NCBI GenBank assembly: GCA_040752415.1
Contig: JBFMGU010000077.1
Span: 1-40,902 of the forward strand
DNA: 40,902 nucleotides
DNA from: Myxococcota bacterium
GTDB taxonomy: Bacteria > Myxococcota > JACRCW01
Reading direction: 5' to 3'
The notes under the pieces were generated by a model that saw only the letters and a list, made by a program, of their open reading frames with translations, did not search any database and was not told the DNA's origin. Positions within the stretch are counted from its first letter, which is position 1. The number at the start of each line of letters is the position of its first letter. Below, in pieces: positions 29,651 to 38,192 of this stretch. The translations under genes and the position numbers were made by a program.

Positions 29651-30522
29651 GGAGCATGACGGGATTCGGCCAGGGCACCGGTGAGGCCCATGGCCGCGCG
29701 TTCACCGCGGAAGTCCGCACCGTCAACCACAAGTACCTGGACGTGAAGGTGCGCCTGCCCTTCGGCCTGGCCGCGCTGGAGGGGCGCGTGCAGGGCGTGG
29801 TGCGTCGGCACCTGCAGCGGGGGCGCGTGGAGGTGAGCGTGGGGGTGGCGGCCGGCGGGGGGCCGCTGCTGCGGCCGCGCGTCGACGCCCAGCTGGCCGG
29901 CGCCTACGTCGACGCCCTGCGCGGCCTGGCGGGCACGCTGGGGCTGCCCGGCCAGATCTCCGTGTCCGACCTGCTGCGCCTCCACGACGTGCTGCTGGTG
30001 GCCGAGCCCGCGCTGGATCTGGAACAGCTGGGAGCGGGGGTGGAGCGCGCGGTGGAGCTGGCGCTGCAGAGCGCCGACCGCATGCGTCGGGAGGAGGGCG
30101 CCGCGCTGCGTGCGGACCTCGACGCCCGCCTGGCCACCCTGGACCAGATGACCGACGGGCTGGCCGCACGGGCCCCCGCCGCGGTGACCGCGCTGCAGGA
30201 GCGGCTCCGCACGCGCGTGGCTGAGCTGGTGCGCGACACCACCGTGGACCCCGTGCGCCTGGCCCAGGAGTGCGCCCTGCTGGCCGAGCGCGCCGACGTG
30301 GCCGAGGAGCTCACCCGCCTGCGCAGCCACGTGGCCCACTTCCGCAAGCTCATGGGCACCGCGGAGCCCGCCGGACGCAAGCTGGACTTCCTCTGCCAGG
30401 AGCTCAACCGGGAGGCCAACACGCTCTCGTCCAAGTCGGCCAGCGCGGAGATGGCGTCCCTGGTGGTGGATCTCAAGGCGGAGATCGAGCGGATCCGGGA
30501 GCAGGTGCAGAACGTGGAGTGA
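29647..30522 (+). CDS. yicC: YicC/YloC family endoribonuclease
   Basis: SMTGFG, VN.KYLD, RGRVEV, D..EEL.RL.SH, GRKLDFL.QELNREANTL.SK and EQVQNVE. GTGA overlap with the Trm112 stop. Confidence 0.93.
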   Translation: MRSMTGFGQGTGEAHGRAFTAEVRTVNHKYLDVKVRLPFGLAALEGRVQGVVRRHLQRGRVEVSVGVAAGGGPLLRPRVDAQLAGAYVDALRGLAGTLGLPGQISVSDLLRLHDVLLVAEPALDLEQLGAGVERAVELALQSADRMRREEGAALRADLDARLATLDQMTDGLAARAPAAVTALQERLRTRVAELVRDTTVDPVRLAQECALLAERADVAEELTRLRSHVAHFRKLMGTAEPAGRKLDFLCQELNREANTLSSKSASAEMASLVVDLKAEIERIREQVQNVE

Positions 30523-30532
30523 GACGGCGGCT

Positions 30533-31327
30533 TCAGACCAGCTGCACGTCCAGCTTGCGCGTGATGAGCACGCTCTTGTTGTCCGGCACCGTGATGAACC
30601 CGGTGGGCGTCTGCGCCATGCCCCCCACCAGCACCACGCCGCGGAACCGTCGGTGGCTCTCCCGCACCGGGAAGGAGTCCAGCACGTGCCGGTCCATCTG
30701 GCAGCGCTGGCAGGCCAGGATGCCCTCACGCAGGCTGTAGGCCACGCCGCCGCCCTTGTGCGCGCACACCAGCAGGCGCCCGTTGGTGGCCACCAGGCAC
30801 AACGGCCCGGCGCGCTCCTCGCCGGCGGGCGCCATCATCTCCAGGGTCTGCCGCATGGCGCGCACCACGGTGGGACCATCCACCATGGGGTCATCCACCT
30901 TGTGATCCTCGTGCAGGAACGAGAGGAAGCGGTGGAACGCCGCCTCGCCCAGGCTGTCGCTGCTGATGTTGCGGAGGAGGAAATCCGGCAGGCGCTCCAT
31001 CAGCCTTGTCCGCGCTTCCGCGCGACCGGCGCTGCCCTGCAGGCTGAACGCCCAGGAGCGGAACTTGTAGGGGCCACCGTCGCCGTCGGTGTGGACGTTC
31101 ACCAGCAACGTGCTGGTCTTCAGGGGTCCCACCAACTCCTCCACGCTGGTGCCCGTCGTCACCGGGCTGGGCCGCGTGTTGAGCAGGAGGCGATCATCCA
31201 CGAAGTGGGCAACACCGTGCCCGTGGCAGTCCGGCGGCGTGGTCAGCGTGCTGCGCAGCTCGTGCAGCGCACACGCCAGCCGCTCGGGCTCGTTGGCTAG
31301 GTATCCAAGGACAGTGAGCGCGGCCAT
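30533..31327 (-). CDS. Class II glutamine amidotransferase-like (YafJ/EgtC-like) protein, degenerate
   Basis: Ntn-fold-like pattern (G.G.A.F, PYKFRSWAF, LPDFL.RNI..DS.GE..F..FL). The N-terminal Cys and the HNG motif are absent. Confidence 0.7.
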   Translation of the reverse strand: MAALTVLGYLANEPERLACALHELRSTLTTPPDCHGHGVAHFVDDRLLLNTRPSPVTTGTSVEELVGPLKTSTLLVNVHTDGDGGPYKFRSWAFSLQGSAGRAEARTRLMERLPDFLLRNISSDSLGEAAFHRFLSFLHEDHKVDDPMVDGPTVVRAMRQTLEMMAPAGEERAGPLCLVATNGRLLVCAHKGGGVAYSLREGILACQRCQMDRHVLDSFPVRESHRRFRGVVLVGGMAQTPTGFITVPDNKSVLITRKLDVQLV

Positions 31328-31714
31328 CGTGCCTTCCTGCGCTGTCATGGTAGGGAGCGGCGCAGCCCCTCGCAAGCGCGTGACATGATTGCGGTCGCCC
31401 GGCATCCGCGCCAGTTCTTGAGGACGGGCGCGGACGCAAGCCTCCCGGGTCACACCGCCCACACCACCTTGAAACGCACGGGAGCCTGCGGCGGTCTCTT
31501 GGACAGCGTGCCTGGCGCCGCTAGCATGGGCCGCCGCTTGGCGTGGCCGTCGGGCGTCCCGTACGCCCTCGGCACAGCCCGAGGCCACCCGGCCGCCGGC
31601 CTGTGATACGCCTCGCTCGCGGAGGAGAACCCGCGTTGTCGCGCCGGTGGTCCCGCGCGCCACGCCCCCACGGCCCAACCCGCCCAGGCGGAAGGGTCAG
31701 AAGAGGAAGTCAGG

Positions 31715-33328
31715 ATGTCCAAAGAAGTCGCCATGGGCATTGACCTGGGCACCAGCAACAGCTGCGTCTCCATCATCGAGAACGGCCAGGCCGTCGTGAT
31801 TCCCAATGAGTGGGGAGAGCTCACCCACGCCTCCGTGGTGAGCTTCCTGGAAGACGGCAGCGTGCTGGTGGGCAATGACGCCAAGAAACAGATGTGCATT
31901 GCGCCGGAGACCACCGTGGCCTCCGCCAAGCGCCTCATCGGCCGCTTCTTCTTCTCGGAAGAGGTCAAGAAGGCCCGCGCGGTGATGCCCTACGCCATCG
32001 TGGAAGGGCCCAACAGCAGCGTGCGCGTGGCCATCCGTGACCAGATCTATGCCGTGCCCGAGATCAGCGCGATGGTGCTCAAGGAGATGAAGGCCATCAC
32101 CGAGGCCCACGTGGGTCACCCGGTGACCAAGGCCGTCATCACCGTCCCCGCCTTCTTCAATGACAACCAGCGCCAGGCCACCAAGGACGCCGGTCGCATT
32201 GCCGGCCTGGACGTGCTGCGCATCCTCAATGAGCCCACCGCCGCCGCGCTGGCCTACGGCTTTGGCAACAACGTCAACCAGCGCGTGGTCATCTATGACC
32301 TCGGCGGCGGCACGTTCGACGTGTCCATCCTGGAGATCGGCCAGGACGTGTTCGAGGTGCTGGCCACCGCCGGCGACACCTACCTGGGCGGCGACGACTT
32401 CGACGACCGCGTGCTGCAGTGGATGCTCGCCGCGTTCAAGCAGCAGTACAACGTGGACCTGGCGCAGGACCGCTACGCGCTGCAGAAGTGCAAGGACGCC
32501 GCGGAGAAGGCCAAGAACACCTTCAGTGAGGCGGACACCGCGGACATCCACGTGCCGCTGGTGTTCACCGACGCGGAAGGCATGAGCTACGACCTGGAGA
32601 TGCAGCTCACCCGCCAGCAGTTCAATCACATGGTGATGGACCTGGTGCAGCGCACCTTCAAGGTCTGCGACGAAGCGCTGCAGACGGCGCGCCTCACCGC
32701 GGCGGACATTGACGGCGTCATCCTGGTGGGCGGCCCCACGCGCCTGCCCATCATCCGCAACAGTGTGCGCCACTACTTCCAGCGTGAGCCCAACACCAAC
32801 ATCAACCCGGACCTGGTGGTGTGCATGGGCGCGGCCATCCAGGCGCACGCGCTGCTTGACAGCAAGACCAGCAGCTTCCTCCTGGACGTCACGCCCATGA
32901 CGCTGCGCCTGGGCACGGTGGGCGGCTACACGGAAGCCATCATTGACCGCAACACGCCCATCCCCATTGACCGCACGCGCACCTTCACCACCGTCCGCGA
33001 CGGGCAGGACAAGGTGAACATCCGCATCTACCAGGGTGAGAGCCGCCTGGCGAAGGAGTGCACGCTGCTCGGTGAGTTCGAGTTCGCGGGGTTGCGGCCG
33101 GCGCGGCGTGGCGACGTCAAGGTGGAGGTCACCTTCGAGATCGACACGGACGGGATCGTGCGGGTCAGCGCCAAGGACCAGGAGACCGGCCAGGCGGCCA
33201 GCACCACCATCAGCCTGTCCTCCGGTCTGTCCGAGGCGGAAATCCAGAAGAGCGCGGAGCGCAACGCTGCCACCAAGCTGGCGGAGCACAAGGGCGAAGG
33301 TGAGGGTGCCGAGCTGGCGCCCGCCTGA
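31715..33328 (+). CDS. Hsp70/DnaK-family chaperone paralog (537 aa, short C-terminus)
   Basis: GIDLGTSNS, VITVPAFFND.QRQATKDAG, NEPTAAALAYG, DLGGGTFDVS, LVGG.TR.P and linker LLDVTP. Most of the alpha-helical lid is missing. Confidence 0.95.
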   Translation: MSKEVAMGIDLGTSNSCVSIIENGQAVVIPNEWGELTHASVVSFLEDGSVLVGNDAKKQMCIAPETTVASAKRLIGRFFFSEEVKKARAVMPYAIVEGPNSSVRVAIRDQIYAVPEISAMVLKEMKAITEAHVGHPVTKAVITVPAFFNDNQRQATKDAGRIAGLDVLRILNEPTAAALAYGFGNNVNQRVVIYDLGGGTFDVSILEIGQDVFEVLATAGDTYLGGDDFDDRVLQWMLAAFKQQYNVDLAQDRYALQKCKDAAEKAKNTFSEADTADIHVPLVFTDAEGMSYDLEMQLTRQQFNHMVMDLVQRTFKVCDEALQTARLTAADIDGVILVGGPTRLPIIRNSVRHYFQREPNTNINPDLVVCMGAAIQAHALLDSKTSSFLLDVTPMTLRLGTVGGYTEAIIDRNTPIPIDRTRTFTTVRDGQDKVNIRIYQGESRLAKECTLLGEFEFAGLRPARRGDVKVEVTFEIDTDGIVRVSAKDQETGQAASTTISLSSGLSEAEIQKSAERNAATKLAEHKGEGEGAELAPA

Positions 33329-33346
33329 GCATGACGGGAACACACC

Positions 33347-33889
33347 ATGGCGGATTACACCGAGGAGCAGTTCTGGCCGGTCCTCAAGCAGCTCGCCGTC
33401 AACATTGACGGGATGGATTACTACGAGATCCTCAACCTGCCCCAGGATTGCACGCCGGCGGACATCAAGCGCAGCTACTATGACCAGAGCCGGTCACTGC
33501 ATCCGGACAAGTTCTATCACCTGACCGACGTGGCGCTGCGTGACGCCGTCAACAAGATCTACAAGCGCATCACCGAGGCCTACAACGTCCTGCGCGACGC
33601 GCCCAAGCGGAAGATCTACACGCAGGACATCAACGGCCCGCAGCGCGCGCAGAAGCTCCGCTACAACGAGGCCAGCGAGGAAGCGCAGAAGCAGGCGGAG
33701 AAGGCGGAGCGGGAGGTGTGCCAGACGCCCAAGGCCAAGGCGCTCTTCCTTCAGGCGCAGACCAAGATGGCGCAGAACAACTGGGAAGGCGCCTTCAAGG
33801 ACCTGCAGACCGCGCTGATGTTCGAGCCTGCCAACGAGAAGCTGAAGGCCATCAAGAACGAGGTGGACCAGCGCCGCAAGGCCAAGTGA
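33347..33889 (+). CDS. J-domain (DnaJ-like) co-chaperone with C-terminal TPR-like repeat
   Basis: DYYEILN...IKRSY...HPD...I.EAY.VL.D...R..Y, followed by a C-terminal helical repeat (ALMFEPANE). Confidence 0.92.
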   Translation: MADYTEEQFWPVLKQLAVNIDGMDYYEILNLPQDCTPADIKRSYYDQSRSLHPDKFYHLTDVALRDAVNKIYKRITEAYNVLRDAPKRKIYTQDINGPQRAQKLRYNEASEEAQKQAEKAEREVCQTPKAKALFLQAQTKMAQNNWEGAFKDLQTALMFEPANEKLKAIKNEVDQRRKAK

Positions 33890-33979
33890 GCCTGCGCAGG
33901 CTGTTCACCGCCAGCTTTGGGTGTATGACCCGCCCGCCCCTCGGCCCGCTCCGGCCCGGTGGGCCACGGGAGGAAGCCC

Positions 33980-34696
33980 ATGCCCAACTCCAGGTTCTCG
34001 TTCCCCCTGCTCGTCGTGGCGGCGGTGCTTGGCGCGGCCGGCGGCGTGGCCGCGGATGAGCTCACCGACCTGCTGCGCGGCGGACCGGTGGTGCGCGTGG
34101 AGCAGAGTGAGGCCGGCAAGTTCAAGCGCGTGCTCGCCATTGCCGACGTGGAAGCGCCCCTGGCCCAGGTCTGGGAAGTCCTCAACTCCCAGGAGAAGTT
34201 CAGCCAGTTCATGCCGCGCGTGAAGCGCATCAGCGTGCGCCAGGAGGGTCCCATGGCCAAGGCGGTGAGCTACGTGCTGGACACGCCGTTCATGGACACC
34301 AGCTACACGCTGCGCTGGTCACCTCGGGAAGCGGACCACACCATCAAGGTGGAGCACGTCAGCGGCGACATCAAAGGCAGCGAGTACGAGTACAAGCTCG
34401 TCAGCGTCTCCCCCGAGCGTACGCGGGTGTACTACGGCGGCGTGACGCGCAATTTCTCGTCGATGGCCAGCCGCTTCGAGGACGACCAGCAGACCATCAC
34501 CGTGGGCGTGAACGTCACCAGCATGCTGGCGGGCCTGAAGGCCATCAAGCTGCGCAGCGAGACGCTGTGGAAGCAGAAGAAGGCCACCCTGCCCGCCGCT
34601 GCGCCCACGCCCGCGCCTGCCGCGCCCGCTGCCGTGGCGCCCGCGCCCGTCGAGAATCCGCCGGCCACCACGCCCGCCGCGGGGAGCACGCCATGA
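33980..34696 (+). CDS. Secreted SRPBCC/START-domain protein with Pro/Ala-rich tail
   Basis: Signal-like N-terminus and DVEAPLAQVWEVL...FSQFMPRVK (SRPBCC pattern). Confidence 0.75.
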   Translation: MPNSRFSFPLLVVAAVLGAAGGVAADELTDLLRGGPVVRVEQSEAGKFKRVLAIADVEAPLAQVWEVLNSQEKFSQFMPRVKRISVRQEGPMAKAVSYVLDTPFMDTSYTLRWSPREADHTIKVEHVSGDIKGSEYEYKLVSVSPERTRVYYGGVTRNFSSMASRFEDDQQTITVGVNVTSMLAGLKAIKLRSETLWKQKKATLPAAAPTPAPAAPAAVAPAPVENPPATTPAAGSTP

Positions 34697-36168
34697 CCTA
34701 CGCCCCGCAGGTCCCCGCGGTGGTCTACGAGATCGTGCCCGACCGCTTCCGCATTGGCGGCGGCGTGGCGCGCCCGGACAAGCTCAAGGGTGAGGCGTAC
34801 CAGCGTCGCGGCGTCAGCACCGCGCAGGGTGACGACGCGCAGGCGCATTTCGGCGGCGACCTGCGTGGCATCACCGAGGCCATCCCGCACCTGCGCAGCC
34901 TCTCGGTGACGGGCCTCTCGCTCACGCCCATCTTCCGCGCGCTGCGCGCCGACAAGTACGGCACCATTGACTTCATGGACGTGGACCCCGCGCTGGGCAC
35001 GGTGGAGGACTTCCAGGAGCTGGTGCGCGTGGCGCGGCTGTCCAACATCGGCATCATCCTGGACGGCGTGTTCGGGTACGTGGGCCTGGAGCACCCGTGG
35101 TTCGTGACGGGACGTCGGCAGCAGGAGGAGGACGCGCGCCTGGACCCCAGTGAGCGCACGCGCAGCTTCTTCCACTTCACTCCCGAGGTGGAGGAGGGTT
35201 ACGCGTCATTCCACGGGGAGGCGCAGCACCCGGAGCTCAACCTGCAGAACCATGAGCTGCGCAGGCGCCTGTTCACCGGCGACCGTTCCGTGGTGCACCA
35301 CTGGCTGGAGATGGGCGCGGTGGGCTGGCGTCTGCACCGTGCCGACGAGCTGGGCTACAAGATCCTGCGCGAGATCACGCTCAGCGCGCGCACCGGCGGG
35401 GAGCAGAAGTTCATCGTCGGGGATGTACGCGGGTTTGCCGACCGCTTCGTGAAGGACGGCCTGCTGGACGGCGTGGTCAACCGCTACCTGCGGGAAGGCG
35501 TGGTGGCCTTCATGCAGGGGCGCATCCCCGCGGCGCAGCTGGCGCGCATCCTCACCGACCAGGCCACGCGCTACGGCCGCGACGCGCTCAACCGCTCCTG
35601 GACCTTCCTCTCCTCGCATGACACCCAGCGCGTGGGCACCGCGCTCAAGGGCGACAATGCCCGCGTGAAGCTGGCCATCACGTTGAAGTACGCGCTGCCG
35701 GGCACCGCCACCATCTACTACGGCGAGGAGGTGGGGCTGGGCGGCAAGGTGCCCAAGGACAGCCAGCTTCCCTATGAATGGGATGAGTCCACCTGGGACC
35801 AGGAGCTGCTCGGTCACCACCGCCACCTGGGCAAGCTCAAGCAGGAGTACCCCGCGCTCTCCAAGGGAGACTTCATTGACATCACGCCGCCGGGTGAGGA
35901 GGACGTGCTCGCCTTTGCCCGCACGCGCGTGGACCCGCGGGAGACGGTGATTGCGGTCTTCAACCGCGCCTACCGTCCGCAACAGCGCCTGCTGTTCCTC
36001 CCGGTGGCCGAGCTCCCCGACGGACTGCCGCTGCGGGACCTCATGGGCGGCGAGAGCTGCTCGGTGCGCGCCGGCACGCTCAATGTGGAGGTTCCTCCCA
36101 CCGGTGCCATGGTGTTGACCCCGGATCTGAGCAGCAAGACGGGGCACCGCTTCTTCCGGAACCTTTGA
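34693..36168 (+). CDS. GH13 alpha-amylase-family (neopullulanase/maltodextrin glucosidase-like) protein, probably catalytically inactive
   Basis: VYEIVPDRF, FGGDLRGI, LTPIF, VDP.LGT, ILDGVF, FLSSHDT.R and IYYGEEVG. Region II reads GWRLHRA and region III reads IVGD. Confidence 0.88.
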   Translation: MTYAPQVPAVVYEIVPDRFRIGGGVARPDKLKGEAYQRRGVSTAQGDDAQAHFGGDLRGITEAIPHLRSLSVTGLSLTPIFRALRADKYGTIDFMDVDPALGTVEDFQELVRVARLSNIGIILDGVFGYVGLEHPWFVTGRRQQEEDARLDPSERTRSFFHFTPEVEEGYASFHGEAQHPELNLQNHELRRRLFTGDRSVVHHWLEMGAVGWRLHRADELGYKILREITLSARTGGEQKFIVGDVRGFADRFVKDGLLDGVVNRYLREGVVAFMQGRIPAAQLARILTDQATRYGRDALNRSWTFLSSHDTQRVGTALKGDNARVKLAITLKYALPGTATIYYGEEVGLGGKVPKDSQLPYEWDESTWDQELLGHHRHLGKLKQEYPALSKGDFIDITPPGEEDVLAFARTRVDPRETVIAVFNRAYRPQQRLLFLPVAELPDGLPLRDLMGGESCSVRAGTLNVEVPPTGAMVLTPDLSSKTGHRFFRNL

Positions 36169-36228
36169 GTCGACCCGGGCAACCAATCCGGGGAACCCCA
36201 CTTCCAGCGGAAAGCGAGACGGAAAGAC

Positions 36229-37305
36229 ATGTCCCTGCACAGCGTGATCATGGCGGGCGGAAGCGGAACGCGTTTCTGGCCGCTCTCCCGTCGTGTGACT
36301 CCCAAGCAGCTGTTGGCCATCACGTCGGACCGGACCATGATCCGGGAAACCGCCGAGCGGCTCGTGTCGCTGACGCCGTTTGCCACGCAGTGGGTGGTGT
36401 GCGGCACCGTGCACGCCGACGCGGTCCGCAAGGAGCTTCCTGAGCTGCCGCGCAGCCACATCCTCGTCGAGCCGGTGGGGCGCAACACCGCGCCGTGCAT
36501 TGGCCTCGCCTGCATCCACCTCCTGCGTGAAGACCCGGATGCCGTGGTCTGCGTGCTCCCCTCCGACGCGCACGTGTCCGACGCCGCGGATTTCTGTCGC
36601 CACCTGGCGCGCGCGGAGGCCGCGGCCAAGGCGGGCTTCATCACCACGCTGGGCATCCGCCCCTCCCGTCCCGAGACCGGCTACGGCTACATCCAGACCG
36701 GCAAGTCGTTGGAGGTGGGCGCGGGGATGGCGGTGCACCGCGTGGAGCGGTTCGTCGAGAAGCCGGACCTGGCCACCGCGCAGAAGTACCTGGCCAGCGG
36801 TGACTACCTCTGGAACGCGGGCATCTTCGTCTTCAGCGCGCGGCAGATGCTGGCCGCCATGCAGAAGCACATGCCGGAGCTGTACACGTCGTTGATGGCG
36901 CTGGGGGAGAACATTGGGACGCCCGGTTACGACGCGCGCCTCGCCGAGCTGTACCCGCGCATGCCCTCGCAGAGCATCGACTACGGCGTGATGGAGAAGG
37001 AGAAGGACCTGGCGGTGGTGCCCTCCACGTTCGGCTGGTCCGACGTGGGGAGCTTTGCGGCGCTGCCGGAGGTGCTGGGCGTCGACGAGCACGGCAACCT
37101 GGTGCGCGGCACGGCGCTGCTGGATGGGTGTCGGGATTGCGTGGTGGATTCCCGCGCGGGGCGCCTGGTGGCCGGCGTGGGACTGGGCGGCCTCATGGTG
37201 ATCGACACCAAGGACGCGCTGCTGGTCATCCCCAAGGACCGCGCGCAGGACGTCAAGACCGTCTTGGAGCAGCTCAAGAAGAAGGGCCGCGAAGACCTGC
37301 TGTGA
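36229..37305 (+). CDS. manC: Mannose-1-phosphate guanylyltransferase
   Basis: VIMAGGSGTRFWPLSR..PKQLL, EPVGRNTAP, PETGYGYI, FVEKP, WNAGIF, SIDYGVMEK and WSDVGS. Confidence 0.95.
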   Translation: MSLHSVIMAGGSGTRFWPLSRRVTPKQLLAITSDRTMIRETAERLVSLTPFATQWVVCGTVHADAVRKELPELPRSHILVEPVGRNTAPCIGLACIHLLREDPDAVVCVLPSDAHVSDAADFCRHLARAEAAAKAGFITTLGIRPSRPETGYGYIQTGKSLEVGAGMAVHRVERFVEKPDLATAQKYLASGDYLWNAGIFVFSARQMLAAMQKHMPELYTSLMALGENIGTPGYDARLAELYPRMPSQSIDYGVMEKEKDLAVVPSTFGWSDVGSFAALPEVLGVDEHGNLVRGTALLDGCRDCVVDSRAGRLVAGVGLGGLMVIDTKDALLVIPKDRAQDVKTVLEQLKKKGREDLL

Positions 37306-37367
37306 GCTCCGAGCGTTGGCGCTGACGACACGAGCACACGGGCCCGCGGTGATGGCATAGTGGGCTC

Positions 37368-37973
37368 ATGACCCGACTTGCCCTTTCCCTCGGCCTGCTG
37401 ACCCTCCTCGCCACCGACGCTTTTGACGCCGCCAAGGCCAAGGCAACCGAGGTGGAGAGCCTGCAGAAGCTGCTGGATGCGTACACCGCGCCCTGCCACG
37501 CCACCGACCCGCTGGAGCAGCAGGACTGTGACAAGCGCGCCAAGACGGCCCAGGCCGCCTTCAAGGGCAAGACGCTCTACCTGAACCTCGGCAACGTTGG
37601 GCTGGAGCGCCTGCTGGAGCCGCTGGACGCCTCCCCCGGCAAGGGCGCCGTGCTCATCACCCCCATCTTCGACGGCGGCAGCGGCGTGGCGCTCACCTTT
37701 GCCAAGCCGCAGAAGCTGGACAAGGACGGGAACGTGGTGGTCAGCCGCGTCCCGGTGGAAGGCACGCTCTCCGACGACACGCTCATGGCCTCCGACGTCA
37801 AGCGCCTGGTCCGCACCGGGCAGCTGGGCCTGGAGATCATCTTCACCGTGAAGGGACCCTGGGAGATCAAGCGCAAGGGTGGTGAGCCCGTGAGGGGCCT
37901 GGAGATCTCTCCCAGCGCGTTCCGCTTCTCCAACCGTCGCACCGGCAAGCCGCTGTTCAGCCACGTGAAGTGA
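37368..37973 (+). CDS. Secreted hypothetical protein (possibly a myxobacterial DUF6066-like family)
   Basis: Signal-like N-terminus, two Cys residues and coding-like codon usage. The family name is from memory and unverified. Confidence 0.6.
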   Translation: MTRLALSLGLLTLLATDAFDAAKAKATEVESLQKLLDAYTAPCHATDPLEQQDCDKRAKTAQAAFKGKTLYLNLGNVGLERLLEPLDASPGKGAVLITPIFDGGSGVALTFAKPQKLDKDGNVVVSRVPVEGTLSDDTLMASDVKRLVRTGQLGLEIIFTVKGPWEIKRKGGEPVRGLEISPSAFRFSNRRTGKPLFSHVK

Positions 37974-38040
37974 CGGCTTCTCCGTCGTCACCGGGGCGCT
38001 CCCGGGCTCCGCCCGCGCCCGTTTCTGACGCGCCACGTCA

Positions 38041-38190
38041 TCCCCTCCTGTCCCACAGGTTGCTCGGGCGAAGGGCCGATGCCTAGGGTCCTGAGCTGAT
38101 TACCTGGGATTCGACAGGGTACTGAACAGGTTTTCAGTGACCCTTGGCTTCTTGAGACGAGACACCACACCGGTGCGGGACGGAGGGAGA
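38041..38190 (+). promoter_or_regulatory. Putative structured cis-regulatory leader RNA
   Basis: A nested hairpin at 38047-38118, a second hairpin at 38116-38144, and a 5' CCCTCCTGTCCC strand complementary to the RBS region GGGACGGAGGG (38177-38187). Confidence 0.5.
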
Positions 38191-38192
38191 GA

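Noticed and set aside
31328..31714. Heat-shock promoter or CIRCE element upstream of Hsp70 (CTTGAA near 31468)
   Set aside because: There is no CCCCAT -10 element at the proper spacing and no CIRCE inverted repeat.
38041..38190. Assignment of the leader to c-di-GMP-I/GEMM, SRP or 6S RNA
   Set aside because: Only fragments resemble these classes (GCCTAGGGTC, 5'/3' end pairing). The conserved GNRA loop/receptor and the SRP helix-8 motif are missing, so it is kept as unclassified.
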